From Deltaproteobacteria bacterium (lineage in GTDB: Bacteria > Myxococcota_A > UBA9160 > SMWR01), in contig JAQBGU010000237.1 of NCBI GenBank assembly GCA_032128375.1, forward strand, positions 1-45,071: a stretch of 45,071 nucleotides of DNA. Direction: 5' to 3'. The notes beneath the pieces are model-generated. The model was not told the DNA's origin. It saw nothing but the letters and a program-made list of their open reading frames with translations, and made no database searches. Within the stretch, counting starts at the first letter, position 1. Each line of letters begins with the position of its first letter. Both the position numbers and the translations under genes were made by a program. Below, one piece after another: positions 27,163 to 36,040 of this stretch.

Positions 27163-28719
27163 ATGCTGCGCGATGGGATGGGCGGGGCGATTGATTTGAA
27201 CGAGTCGGCACCCGACAAGCGACCGTCTGGCATCGAAGAGCTGGCCTCGCGGCGCGAACAACTAGGCGCGGGCGCGCCGAAAATCGGATTGTTTCTATTC
27301 GACTGCGCAGACGCGGAAACCCTGCGCAAGACGCTCGATCGAATTCCGGAGCCGGTTTGGGACTGGCTGTCAGAAGTCGTGGTGGTCGTTGCACCAAAGC
27401 CAGCTGGCGATTCGGTCGGCGGGGCCTTGCGATCGCTGGCCGGCGCCCACCGCGTGCTGATCCATCGCTTGCCGCGCGAATCGGGTTTCGGCGGCGCACG
27501 CAAGGCAGCTTTCGAATACGGCCTCCGGAAAGGCTTCGACCACGTCGTATTCATTCGAGGAGATGGTGTCCACGCGCCCGAAGCGCTTCCACAGCTGCTG
27601 GCGCCGATCCACTCCACACCGGCTCGCGTCGTCATCGCGTCGCGGATGCTTGCGGGGCCCAGGTCGCTGCGCGCCGGGATGGGGCGGCTGCGATGGCTCG
27701 TACACATCTTCGCGACCGGTATCGAGAACCGGATTCTCGGACTGCGTCTGGGAGACTACGACAGCGGGTATCGCGTGTACTCGTGCCGGGCGATCAGGCG
27801 GATTCGCTTCCAGCTCAACCACAACGATCGCCAGTTCGACATCCAGATTCTGATCCAATTGCGCGCGCTGCGATTCCCCATCGAAGAGGTCGCTGTTCTG
27901 CCCGCGTGGAGCGAATTCAATCACGAAGAACTCGGAATCGGCAACGCCTTCAGATCGTGGTTCAGCGCACTCGAGTACCGACTCCACCAGTTGCACGTGT
28001 TTCGCCGCGGGCGCTACTTCGTCGACGCAGACATCCGCTACACGTTGAAACTCAGTCGGACCGGGTCGCACATGCAGGTCGTTGCTGCGATCGATCCCGG
28101 ACGACGCGTGTTGGACCTGGGGTGTTCGCAGGGCCTGTTGTCGCGGCCGCTCAAGGAGAAAGACGTTCGGGTGATCGGGGTCGACGCCGGATCCGGGGAG
28201 GGGATCGCCGAGGAACTCGAGGCCTACTACCAGCGCGATCTCGATGCCGCGCTCGACCTGCCGCTGGGACGCGAATTCGACTACGTGGTGATTTCGGATG
28301 TGATCGAACATCTGCGCAACCGCCACCAGTTGTTGGTCGGCTCGCGACGGTTCCTGAAAGAGGGCGGCCGCCTGGTCATCTCGACGCCCAATATCGCGCT
28401 GTGGTTCTATCGGCTGTCATTGTTCGTCGGCCGTTTCGAGTACGGGCCGCGCGGCGTGCTGGATGAGACCCACGTCCATCTGTATACACGAGCCACCTTT
28501 CGTCGCGAAGTCGAGGGTGCGGGATTTCACGTGGTACACGAAAGAGTGACGGCCCTTCCGTTCGAAGTCGTTTTTCGCTCGACGGGTCGCAGCCGGCTGG
28601 TCCGCAGCATCTCGGGCCTCTATCACACATTTGCAAGGGCATGGCCGGAGCTGTTCGCCTACCAGATCATTCTCGAGGCCGAGATTACCACCCTCGACGA
28701 GGAGTCGACGTCCCGCTAG
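27163..28719 (+). CDS. Bifunctional GT2-like domain (degenerate) + class I SAM methyltransferase
   Basis: N-half: GFGGARKAAF, FIRGDGVHAPE, ASRM, DYDSGYRVYS, FDIQIL. C-half: RVLDLGCSQG, SDVIEHL, ISTPN, GVLDETHVHLYT. Confidence 0.82.
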   Translation: MLRDGMGGAIDLNESAPDKRPSGIEELASRREQLGAGAPKIGLFLFDCADAETLRKTLDRIPEPVWDWLSEVVVVVAPKPAGDSVGGALRSLAGAHRVLIHRLPRESGFGGARKAAFEYGLRKGFDHVVFIRGDGVHAPEALPQLLAPIHSTPARVVIASRMLAGPRSLRAGMGRLRWLVHIFATGIENRILGLRLGDYDSGYRVYSCRAIRRIRFQLNHNDRQFDIQILIQLRALRFPIEEVAVLPAWSEFNHEELGIGNAFRSWFSALEYRLHQLHVFRRGRYFVDADIRYTLKLSRTGSHMQVVAAIDPGRRVLDLGCSQGLLSRPLKEKDVRVIGVDAGSGEGIAEELEAYYQRDLDAALDLPLGREFDYVVISDVIEHLRNRHQLLVGSRRFLKEGGRLVISTPNIALWFYRLSLFVGRFEYGPRGVLDETHVHLYTRATFRREVEGAGFHVVHERVTALPFEVVFRSTGRSRLVRSISGLYHTFARAWPELFAYQIILEAEITTLDEESTSR

Positions 28720-28738
28720 TCGGGATGTCGGGGAGCGT

Positions 28739-30370
28739 TTGGGCACGAACGACGCAGCGCAACGCGATTCCCGAGCTCGCGCGTGGTTCGCGGGGCGCGG
28801 TTCCGCGTTCGTGCTGGCTGCCATCCTCCTGCTTTCGGCTGGGCTGCGAATCCACGATCTCGATCGGCTCGAAATCTGGGTCGACGAGGGCAACTCGATC
28901 CTCACCGCGCGCCGGTCGCTGTCGGATATCGCGACAGTCTTGAAGCTCGATTCGAGTCCGCCCGCCTACTACTTCACGCTTCACTACTGGATGGCCGTGT
29001 TCGGCGATAGCCCGTTCGCGTTGCGGATGCTCGCGGTGACTGGCAGTGTCTTGCTGACGGGTGTCATCTACACGATCGGGCGTCGCTGGATGGGGACCGC
29101 GGTTGGCTTGTGGGCCGCGTTCTTTGTGTCGGCCTCATCGACCCAGATCTTCTTCTCGCAGCAGGTCCGGATGTACTCCTGGCTGTCGCTGCTGGCTCTC
29201 TTGTCCGTATGGTGGCTGGTGCGTTATCTCGAGTCGGGTCGGCTCCACCACCTGGCCGGTTGCCTGGCAGCGACCGCGATGGCGCTGTTCACGCACAACT
29301 TTGCCCTCTATCTGCTGGTCGTGCTGGCCGCGATCGTCGCGGTTTCCGGCCAGCTGATCGCGCGCTGGTGGTCCTGGGGAATCTCGGTGGTCGCGATTGG
29401 TGTGTTGTACGCGCCATGGGTGCCCACTTTGCTCCGGCAATCCGACAACGCAAACCACTACGCGTGGTTTGCGCCCTTGTGGGAAAAATTTGGTCCGCTC
29501 GGCGCGATCGTCAACACATTCCGCTCGTACTCGCCGGCCGGCGAGCTGGTCATGTTCGAATATCGTGGCGCGACCGATTGGTATGGGATTCCGGCGGCGG
29601 GAATGGCTTCGCTGGCGGTGTTCGGTCTTGTTGCGCTGATTCGCCGCCGCGCTGAACTGGGTCGCGTAGCTTGGGTTTGGGTGCCGCTTTTCCTGCTTGT
29701 CCCGATGGCGTCGGCCGTTTCGGCTTCGTTCCTGGCGACGCCACATTACGTACCCGGTCGCGTGGACCAGATGATGTTTCCCGCGTACGCTCTGCTGGCC
29801 GCGGTCGGGATGTCGGCTCTGCGACCCGTGGCGCTCCCGCCGGTATTGGGTGCGGCGGTGCTCGTCGTTTGTGTGCTGACCAAGGGAGATTTCTATACCG
29901 ACTACCGCGAATATCGCTTCCGCGGTGGCGATCGCGCGCTCGCCACCGTGATTGGTCGGGAGCTCGAACCTGGTGATGTGATTCTGTGTACGTCGCTGAT
30001 CCGCGCATCAGTTGAGTACTACCTGCGTGATTTCGAGGTGAAGATTCTCTCGTATCCGCGCGAGACGGCCGGTCACCTCGGCGCGCAAAACGACCTTCGC
30101 TGGCTGGCCGCCGATCCGGGACTGGCGGCCGAATTCGGGCTGGTGATCGAACAGGCTCGCGCCGCAGCCGGTCCTCGGGGTCGGCTGTTCTTGCTTCGCG
30201 TCAATCGGGTCGTGAACGAGAAAATCACATCCGAGGCGTTGTATCGACATTTCAGCATTCGTCAGATCGAATCCTTGGGACGATTCGCCCAGGTGGGTAC
30301 CCGCGAGACCGTCGATGTGACGGTCCATCGCTTGAAACTAGCGCTGCAATCGAATTCGATCATCAAATGA
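28739..30370 (+). CDS. GT-C fold glycosyltransferase (ArnT/PMT-2-like)
   Basis: Start estimated at TTG 28739. LRIHDL...IWVDEG, DSSPPAYY..LHYW..FG, LRM, SQQVRMYS, THN, YAPWVP. Confidence 0.82.
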   Translation: MGTNDAAQRDSRARAWFAGRGSAFVLAAILLLSAGLRIHDLDRLEIWVDEGNSILTARRSLSDIATVLKLDSSPPAYYFTLHYWMAVFGDSPFALRMLAVTGSVLLTGVIYTIGRRWMGTAVGLWAAFFVSASSTQIFFSQQVRMYSWLSLLALLSVWWLVRYLESGRLHHLAGCLAATAMALFTHNFALYLLVVLAAIVAVSGQLIARWWSWGISVVAIGVLYAPWVPTLLRQSDNANHYAWFAPLWEKFGPLGAIVNTFRSYSPAGELVMFEYRGATDWYGIPAAGMASLAVFGLVALIRRRAELGRVAWVWVPLFLLVPMASAVSASFLATPHYVPGRVDQMMFPAYALLAAVGMSALRPVALPPVLGAAVLVVCVLTKGDFYTDYREYRFRGGDRALATVIGRELEPGDVILCTSLIRASVEYYLRDFEVKILSYPRETAGHLGAQNDLRWLAADPGLAAEFGLVIEQARAAAGPRGRLFLLRVNRVVNEKITSEALYRHFSIRQIESLGRFAQVGTRETVDVTVHRLKLALQSNSIIK

Positions 30371-32199
30371 ACTCGACGCTGCAAGGCCTACGCGCCTCAG
30401 CCGGCCTGCGGCTGTTCGTATTGGCTGCAGCGCTGAGAATCGTCTACGTAATCGTCGTTGGCGACTACCCCGCGGTCCGGTTTCCGATCGGCGATAGTCT
30501 CGCCTACCACAAAGCAGCGCTCCGCATCCTCGATGGCGATTGGCTGGGCAGCGAGGTTTTCTATCAGGATCCACTGTATCCCTATCTGTTGGCGCTCTTG
30601 TATGGCCTGTTCGGTGTGGGATCGATCGGCGTTCTGATCGCGCAGGCGCTGTTGGACTCGGCAAGCGTGGTGTTGATCTACCTCACTGCACGCGCGTTGT
30701 TCGATCCCAGAACCGCTGTTATTGCGGGCGTACTTGCGGCCGCATACCGCGCCGCCTGGTTCTACGACGCGATTCTCTTGAAGGTCCCACTGACGCTGTT
30801 TCTCGCGTCGTTGACCGCGTACCTGCTCGTTCGCGCTGATGCGCGGCGCTCTGCAGGGGCTTGGTTCGCTGCCGCGCTGGGGTTGGGTCTCGCTGCGCTT
30901 ACCCGAGGCAACTACCTGGTCTTCGCGCCGATTCTGGCACTCTGGTTGATGTTCTTCGTTCCACAGCCGGGGCCGGGAGCGCGAGTTCGTTCACTCGCAG
31001 CACTCGCGGCCGGACTCGTCATTGCGATCGGCCCCGTCGCGTTTCGAAACTACATCGTCGGGGATGACTTCGTATTGATCACGAGCCAGGCGGGACAGAA
31101 TTTCTATATCGGAAACAGCCGATACAATGATTCAGGCGTCTACAAAGCACCGGCATTCGTCATTGCGAACGCGGCCCACGAGCAGAAAGACTTTCGAGAC
31201 GAAGCCGAGCGCCGTAGCGGGCGTCCGCTCGGACCCAGCGAGCTATCGCGTTTCTGGTTTCGCGAAGCGTTCAACGAAATTGCTGCCGACCCGGCGCACT
31301 TCGCGCGGCACACGCTCCGGAAAGTGCGACTGTTTTTCAACCACTACGAGATTCCCGACAACCAGAGCTTCGCCTTCTTTGCGCAGCACGTGACGGGCCT
31401 ACTCAGAATTCCGACGCCCGGCTTCGGGGTCGTGTTGCCATTGGCGGTCTGCGGCATGTGGCTGGCCCGCCGACGCCGGAGCGCGTGGCTGTTGCTGTTG
31501 TTCTTTGTGAGCTACGCGGCCAGCGTGGTGCTGTTTTTCAATGTGTCTCGCTATCGAATTCCCTCACTGCCCGCGCTGTTCGTTTTCGCTGGCTATGCGG
31601 TATCGCAAGCCGTCGAGCTTGCCAGACGACGCGACTATCGAGCCATGTTGATTTCGGCCGTGTTACTCGCAGTCGGGTTCTCCATCACGCAGGCTGACTT
31701 GATCGATGAGGACTTCGCGTTGTTCCGATCGAATCTGGGGTCCGCGCACTCGCGTCGAGCGATCGAGCACCGGCTCCGCGCGCGACAGATGGCTGCGGTG
31801 GGTGATTCAGTCGGCGCACAACGAGAACGGGCGTTGGCTTCGTCCCTATGGGATTCGACGGAAGAGCAATACCGCAAGGGGCTGGATACCCAGCCGCAGA
31901 ATCAGCGTTTGCGCGGCGCGCTCAAGAGCCTGCTCGAGGGACGAGTCGTGTACGCGATGCAGGACGAGCGTCTCGACGTCGCACTCGAAGCGGCCCAGCG
32001 TCTGACGGCGACGTTTCCACAGTACGCGATGGGTTACGTGGTGTTGGGCGAGGTCCACGAGGCTCGGGGCGAACTTACCCGGGCCGAGCGGGCGCTGTTG
32101 CGGGCGATCGGCATATCGACCGGAAGTCGCGCGCGGGCCGGCTTGGTTCGGGTTCGAAGCGCGATGCGCGCCGCGCCTGATCCATTGGTGACTCCATGA
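30367..32199 (+). CDS. GT-C fold glycosyltransferase with C-terminal helical/TPR-like domain
   Basis: 610 aa. GDSLAY, YQDPLYPY, LTRGN, RNY, GQNFYIGN, EIPDN, FFNVSRYR; TPR-like C-terminus (GYVVLGEVHEARGELTRAERALLRAI). ATGA overlap with the previous gene. Confidence 0.8.
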   Translation: MNSTLQGLRASAGLRLFVLAAALRIVYVIVVGDYPAVRFPIGDSLAYHKAALRILDGDWLGSEVFYQDPLYPYLLALLYGLFGVGSIGVLIAQALLDSASVVLIYLTARALFDPRTAVIAGVLAAAYRAAWFYDAILLKVPLTLFLASLTAYLLVRADARRSAGAWFAAALGLGLAALTRGNYLVFAPILALWLMFFVPQPGPGARVRSLAALAAGLVIAIGPVAFRNYIVGDDFVLITSQAGQNFYIGNSRYNDSGVYKAPAFVIANAAHEQKDFRDEAERRSGRPLGPSELSRFWFREAFNEIAADPAHFARHTLRKVRLFFNHYEIPDNQSFAFFAQHVTGLLRIPTPGFGVVLPLAVCGMWLARRRRSAWLLLLFFVSYAASVVLFFNVSRYRIPSLPALFVFAGYAVSQAVELARRRDYRAMLISAVLLAVGFSITQADLIDEDFALFRSNLGSAHSRRAIEHRLRARQMAAVGDSVGAQRERALASSLWDSTEEQYRKGLDTQPQNQRLRGALKSLLEGRVVYAMQDERLDVALEAAQRLTATFPQYAMGYVVLGEVHEARGELTRAERALLRAIGISTGSRARAGLVRVRSAMRAAPDPLVTP

Positions 32200-34094
32200 C
32201 GTCGAGCATGGCCTCGAATACGGCGTCTGACGAAGCAGACCGAAGCGGCTCCCAAAGCTGGCACCGCGTGGCTTCTGCCGCGGCGATTGCGTGTACGTTC
32301 GTCGGCCTCGCGAGCTGGAGTTTTGGAAAGTGGCCCGACGTGCTCGTCGACTTCGGCCGAGAACTCTACGTGCCTTGGCGCCTGCTGAACGGGGAGGTTC
32401 TGTACGCCGACGTGGCGCATTTCAACGGCCCGTTGTCGCAGTATCTCAATGCGCTGTGGTTCTGGTGCTTTGGGACCGGGCTCTCGACGCTGGTGTGGGT
32501 CAATCTGTTGGTGCTAGCGGCGATTTCTGCGGCGGCATTTTGCCTACTCGAACGATTCTGCCATGCACTCATCGCCGCCGCCGCTGTGATCGTATTCCTG
32601 TGTATCTTCGCGTTCGGCCATCTGGTCGCCTACGGGAATTACAACTTCGTGACGCCGTACTCACACGAGGTGGTTCACGGCTTCGGGCTGTCGCTGTGCG
32701 CGCTTCTATGTGCGCTGAGGTGCTCGGGGGCGGGTTGGCGCTGGGACGCTGCAACGGGATTGCTGCTTGGATGCGTTTTCCTGACCAAGGCCGAGCTGTT
32801 CGTGGCGGCCCTGCTGGGAGTCGGCGCCTGCCGGGCCTGCATCGCTCGTGTGGGAACGCCAGACGCTGCCCCAATCTGGTCCGCGTTGTTCGCATTGGGG
32901 GCCGGCGCACTATGCCCGGTCGTATCCGCGTGGTGGCTCTTGTCGCTCGCGATGCCGGCGACGGATGCCTTTGTCGGGATCCTGGGGTCGTGGCCCGGAA
33001 TCGCCGCTGGGGACGCTGCCTCATTGCACTTCTACCAGCGCGGGATGGGAGTGGACCAGATCGCCACGAACAGTGCGTCGATGTGGATCGAGTTCGCCGG
33101 CCTTATGGCGGTCGTAGGAGTCGTTGCGCTGGCGGACCGGCTGAGTGGCGGTTTGCCGCGCTGGATCCAATTTTCGCTGGCGTTTGGATTGGTGATGCTG
33201 ATTGGGATCGGGGGTTTCTGGCTGCCCTGGATGACGCCTGACTGGATGAGGATCGGACGTTCGCTGCCCCTCGTGGCGCTCGGCGGCATTGTTCTTGCCA
33301 CGTTTCGCTGGCGGCGCATCGTTTACGGTCTAGCGCGGTCCAGGTGCGCAGCAATCGGATTCGCGGTGTTCGCATTCGCACTACTGCTGAAGATGATTCT
33401 GGCCGCGCGCGTTTATCAGTATGGCTTCGCGCTCTCGGCGCCGGCAGCGATGCTGCTCGTCGTAGTGGCCGTCGATTGGATTCCCGCCGAACTGCGTCGG
33501 TTCGGCAGCTCTGGCCGCGTCTTTCGTTCGGTGTCACTACTACTGATTGCCGTCGTTACCTGGAACTACGTCAAGATTTCGGCCGAACGTTACGAGTCGA
33601 AGGTGGTTCCCATCGGCAAGAGTCGCGATGCCTTTCTCGCCCGCCCGCCACGAGCCGGTGTGTTGTCGGGTCGAGCCGCGGCAGTGGAAAGCGTGCTGGT
33701 CCGGTTGGCGGCGCTACCCGAAGATGCGACGGTGCTGGTTCTGCCCGAAGGTGTGATGCTCAACTACCTCGCGCGCCGGCGCAGCCCGACCCGATTCATC
33801 ACCTTCCTTCCGCCGGAGTTGGTTCTGTTCGGCGAACAGCGAATCGTCGATGCGCTGACAGCGGATCCGCCCACCACGGTGGTGCTCATACACAAAGACA
33901 CCAGTGAATACGGCTACCCGCTGTTCGGCCGCGACTACGGTCAAGCGATCATGAATTGGCTGCGCGAGGGCTACGAACCCAGCGGCCCGCCGATCGGGGA
34001 TGAACCGCTCGCGCCGGGCTCGCAGTTCGGGGTCTGGGTCTGGGATGAGCGCGCAACGTCGTCCAGAGCCGCGGGCTCGGCCGGGCAGGGCTGA
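32196..34094 (+). CDS. GT-C fold glycosyltransferase-like membrane protein
   Basis: 632 aa. WPDVLVDFGRELYVPWRL..GEVLYAD....GPL, PYSH, LTKAE; soluble C-terminus with VLPEGVMLNYL..R.SP. ATGA overlap. Confidence 0.72.
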   Translation: MTSSMASNTASDEADRSGSQSWHRVASAAAIACTFVGLASWSFGKWPDVLVDFGRELYVPWRLLNGEVLYADVAHFNGPLSQYLNALWFWCFGTGLSTLVWVNLLVLAAISAAAFCLLERFCHALIAAAAVIVFLCIFAFGHLVAYGNYNFVTPYSHEVVHGFGLSLCALLCALRCSGAGWRWDAATGLLLGCVFLTKAELFVAALLGVGACRACIARVGTPDAAPIWSALFALGAGALCPVVSAWWLLSLAMPATDAFVGILGSWPGIAAGDAASLHFYQRGMGVDQIATNSASMWIEFAGLMAVVGVVALADRLSGGLPRWIQFSLAFGLVMLIGIGGFWLPWMTPDWMRIGRSLPLVALGGIVLATFRWRRIVYGLARSRCAAIGFAVFAFALLLKMILAARVYQYGFALSAPAAMLLVVVAVDWIPAELRRFGSSGRVFRSVSLLLIAVVTWNYVKISAERYESKVVPIGKSRDAFLARPPRAGVLSGRAAAVESVLVRLAALPEDATVLVLPEGVMLNYLARRRSPTRFITFLPPELVLFGEQRIVDALTADPPTTVVLIHKDTSEYGYPLFGRDYGQAIMNWLREGYEPSGPPIGDEPLAPGSQFGVWVWDERATSSRAAGSAGQG

Positions 34095-34189
34095 CGAGTG
34101 GACGGCTCGGGTCAGGTTTCGGAAACTGGTCGCAGGCTGGAATCAAAACTCGCAGATGCGCCAAGGAAATCCTTGCGGAAGCACGGCTC

Positions 34190-36040
34190 GTGGAAACAAG
34201 GCTCGTGGAAGCAAACCTACTAGAAAAAAAGCGCGCACGCCGAATGCTGGCGGGGCTTCTGCTTGCGCTGACGCTGGCCGCCTACCTGCCTGTCGTCGAA
34301 AGCGGCTACATCTGGGACGACAGCGATTACGTTTACAACAACTCTACCCTGACCAGTGTAGACGGCCTGCGCCGGATCTGGCTCGAACTGGGGGCGATCC
34401 CGCAGTACTACCCGTTGGTTCACACCAGCTACTGGCTCGAGTATCGGCTCTGGGAACTCAACCCACTGGGTTACCACGTCGTCAACGTATTGCTGCACGC
34501 TTTGGGCGCGCTGCTGTTGTGGCGCGTGTTGTTGACGCTCGGGGTTCCGGGCGCCTGGTGGGCGTCTGCGATCTTCGCGCTACACCCCGTCCACGTCGAG
34601 TCGGTTGCGTGGATTACCGAACGCAAGAACGTGCTTTCTGGCGTGTTCTACTTCGCTTCCCTACTCAGCTACCTGCATTGGGCCAGATTCGATCGACCAC
34701 CCAGAGCCGTGGCCGGATCCGCGACCGATCGCCTGTATGCTGTCTCCCTGCTGCTGTTTGTCGCCGCACTGCTCAGCAAGACCGTGACGCTGTCACTACC
34801 GGCTGTGCTGTTGATACTGGCGTGGTGGAAAGGCAGACCGATCGATCGCGCGATCGCACTGGCGTTGGCACCTTTTTTTGCAGTCGGCCTCGCCTTTGGA
34901 TTCGCGACCAGCATCTATGAGACAAATCTGGTCGGCGCGGGTGCTTCCGGCTGGGATCTCTCGGTGGTCGAGCGCGTTCTGATCTCCGGGCGAGCCTTGT
35001 GGTTCTACCTGGCGAAACTGGTGTGGCCGCATCCGCTGATCTTCAACTACCCACGCTGGCAATTGGACCCCTTTGCATTGTGGCAGTACGGGTATCCGCT
35101 GCTGGCGGTCGGGTTCGGCGCCGGGTTCTTGATCTTCGCTCGACGCATCGGCCGCGGTGCGAGTTCGGCCGCGATGATTTTCGCGGGTACGCTGGTGCCC
35201 GCGCTGGGCTTTTTCAACGTGTATCCGATGCGGTACTCGTTCGTCGCCGACCACTTCCAGTACCTCGCGAGTGCAGCGCCGATCGCCTACGTGTGTGGAG
35301 TCGTGGCTGTGTGGGCGGGGCGCTCGGGACGACTGGCTTCGCGCGTCGTTGCGACCGCGGGCGTTGTGATCCTCGGCGCGTTTGGCGCGCTGATCTGGCA
35401 GCAGATTCCAGTGTACCGAGACGCCGAGACGCTGTGGCGCGCAACGCTCAGTCGGAATCCCGATTCGTGGTTATCGCGTTCCTCGCTGTGTGCGATCGAA
35501 CAAGAACGCGGCGAGCTCGAATCCGCTCTCGAGCACTGCGAAGCCGCGATGCGTCTCGAACCCGACAATCACGAGTCCCACCACATGTTCGCGATACTCG
35601 CGATCGCTCGCGGAGACGTCGAAGCGGGCATCCGCTCTTACGAGCGAGCACTCGAGATCCAGCCCGATTTCCCGCATTCGAAAAATGGCCTCGGGGCCAC
35701 GCTGAATTCGTTGGGACGATACGAGGAGGCGATCCCGCTGTTTCGAGATGTTCTGCGCTCGTACCCAGACTTCGCAGAGGCGCATACCAACTTCGGAAAT
35801 GCGCTGACGGAAACAGGAGAACTCGACGCAGCCATCGAGCGGCATCGTCGCGCGATCGAATTGAATCCGGAACTGGCTTCCGCGCACAACAACCTTGCCG
35901 CGGCGTTGCTTCGCAAGGGGGAACTCGGGCTCGCCCGAACCCACTTGAAACGCGTGGTGGAGCTGGTTCCGGATTCCACCACCGCGCGAGCCAGCCTCGC
36001 CGCGATCGAGCGGCTGATCCGCAAGCGGGCCGAGCGCTAG
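34190..36040 (+). CDS. TMTC-like GT-C protein with C-terminal TPR repeats (putative protein O-glycosyltransferase)
   Basis: 616 aa. YIWDD, YYPL, YHVVNVLLH, FALHPVHVESVAWITERKNVL, LLSK, YLAKLVWP, VADHFQYL, YRDAETLW; several clear TPRs (ALEIQPDF, AEAHTNFGNAL, AIELNPELASAHNNLA). Confidence 0.85.
   Translation: METRLVEANLLEKKRARRMLAGLLLALTLAAYLPVVESGYIWDDSDYVYNNSTLTSVDGLRRIWLELGAIPQYYPLVHTSYWLEYRLWELNPLGYHVVNVLLHALGALLLWRVLLTLGVPGAWWASAIFALHPVHVESVAWITERKNVLSGVFYFASLLSYLHWARFDRPPRAVAGSATDRLYAVSLLLFVAALLSKTVTLSLPAVLLILAWWKGRPIDRAIALALAPFFAVGLAFGFATSIYETNLVGAGASGWDLSVVERVLISGRALWFYLAKLVWPHPLIFNYPRWQLDPFALWQYGYPLLAVGFGAGFLIFARRIGRGASSAAMIFAGTLVPALGFFNVYPMRYSFVADHFQYLASAAPIAYVCGVVAVWAGRSGRLASRVVATAGVVILGAFGALIWQQIPVYRDAETLWRATLSRNPDSWLSRSSLCAIEQERGELESALEHCEAAMRLEPDNHESHHMFAILAIARGDVEAGIRSYERALEIQPDFPHSKNGLGATLNSLGRYEEAIPLFRDVLRSYPDFAEAHTNFGNALTETGELDAAIERHRRAIELNPELASAHNNLAAALLRKGELGLARTHLKRVVELVPDSTTARASLAAIERLIRKRAER

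Noticed and set aside
34999..36039. N-terminal 347 aa of the 875-aa ORF in the track
   Set aside because: Arg-rich alternate-frame shadow over the TMTC-like gene; the protein-like sequence begins at GTG 36040.
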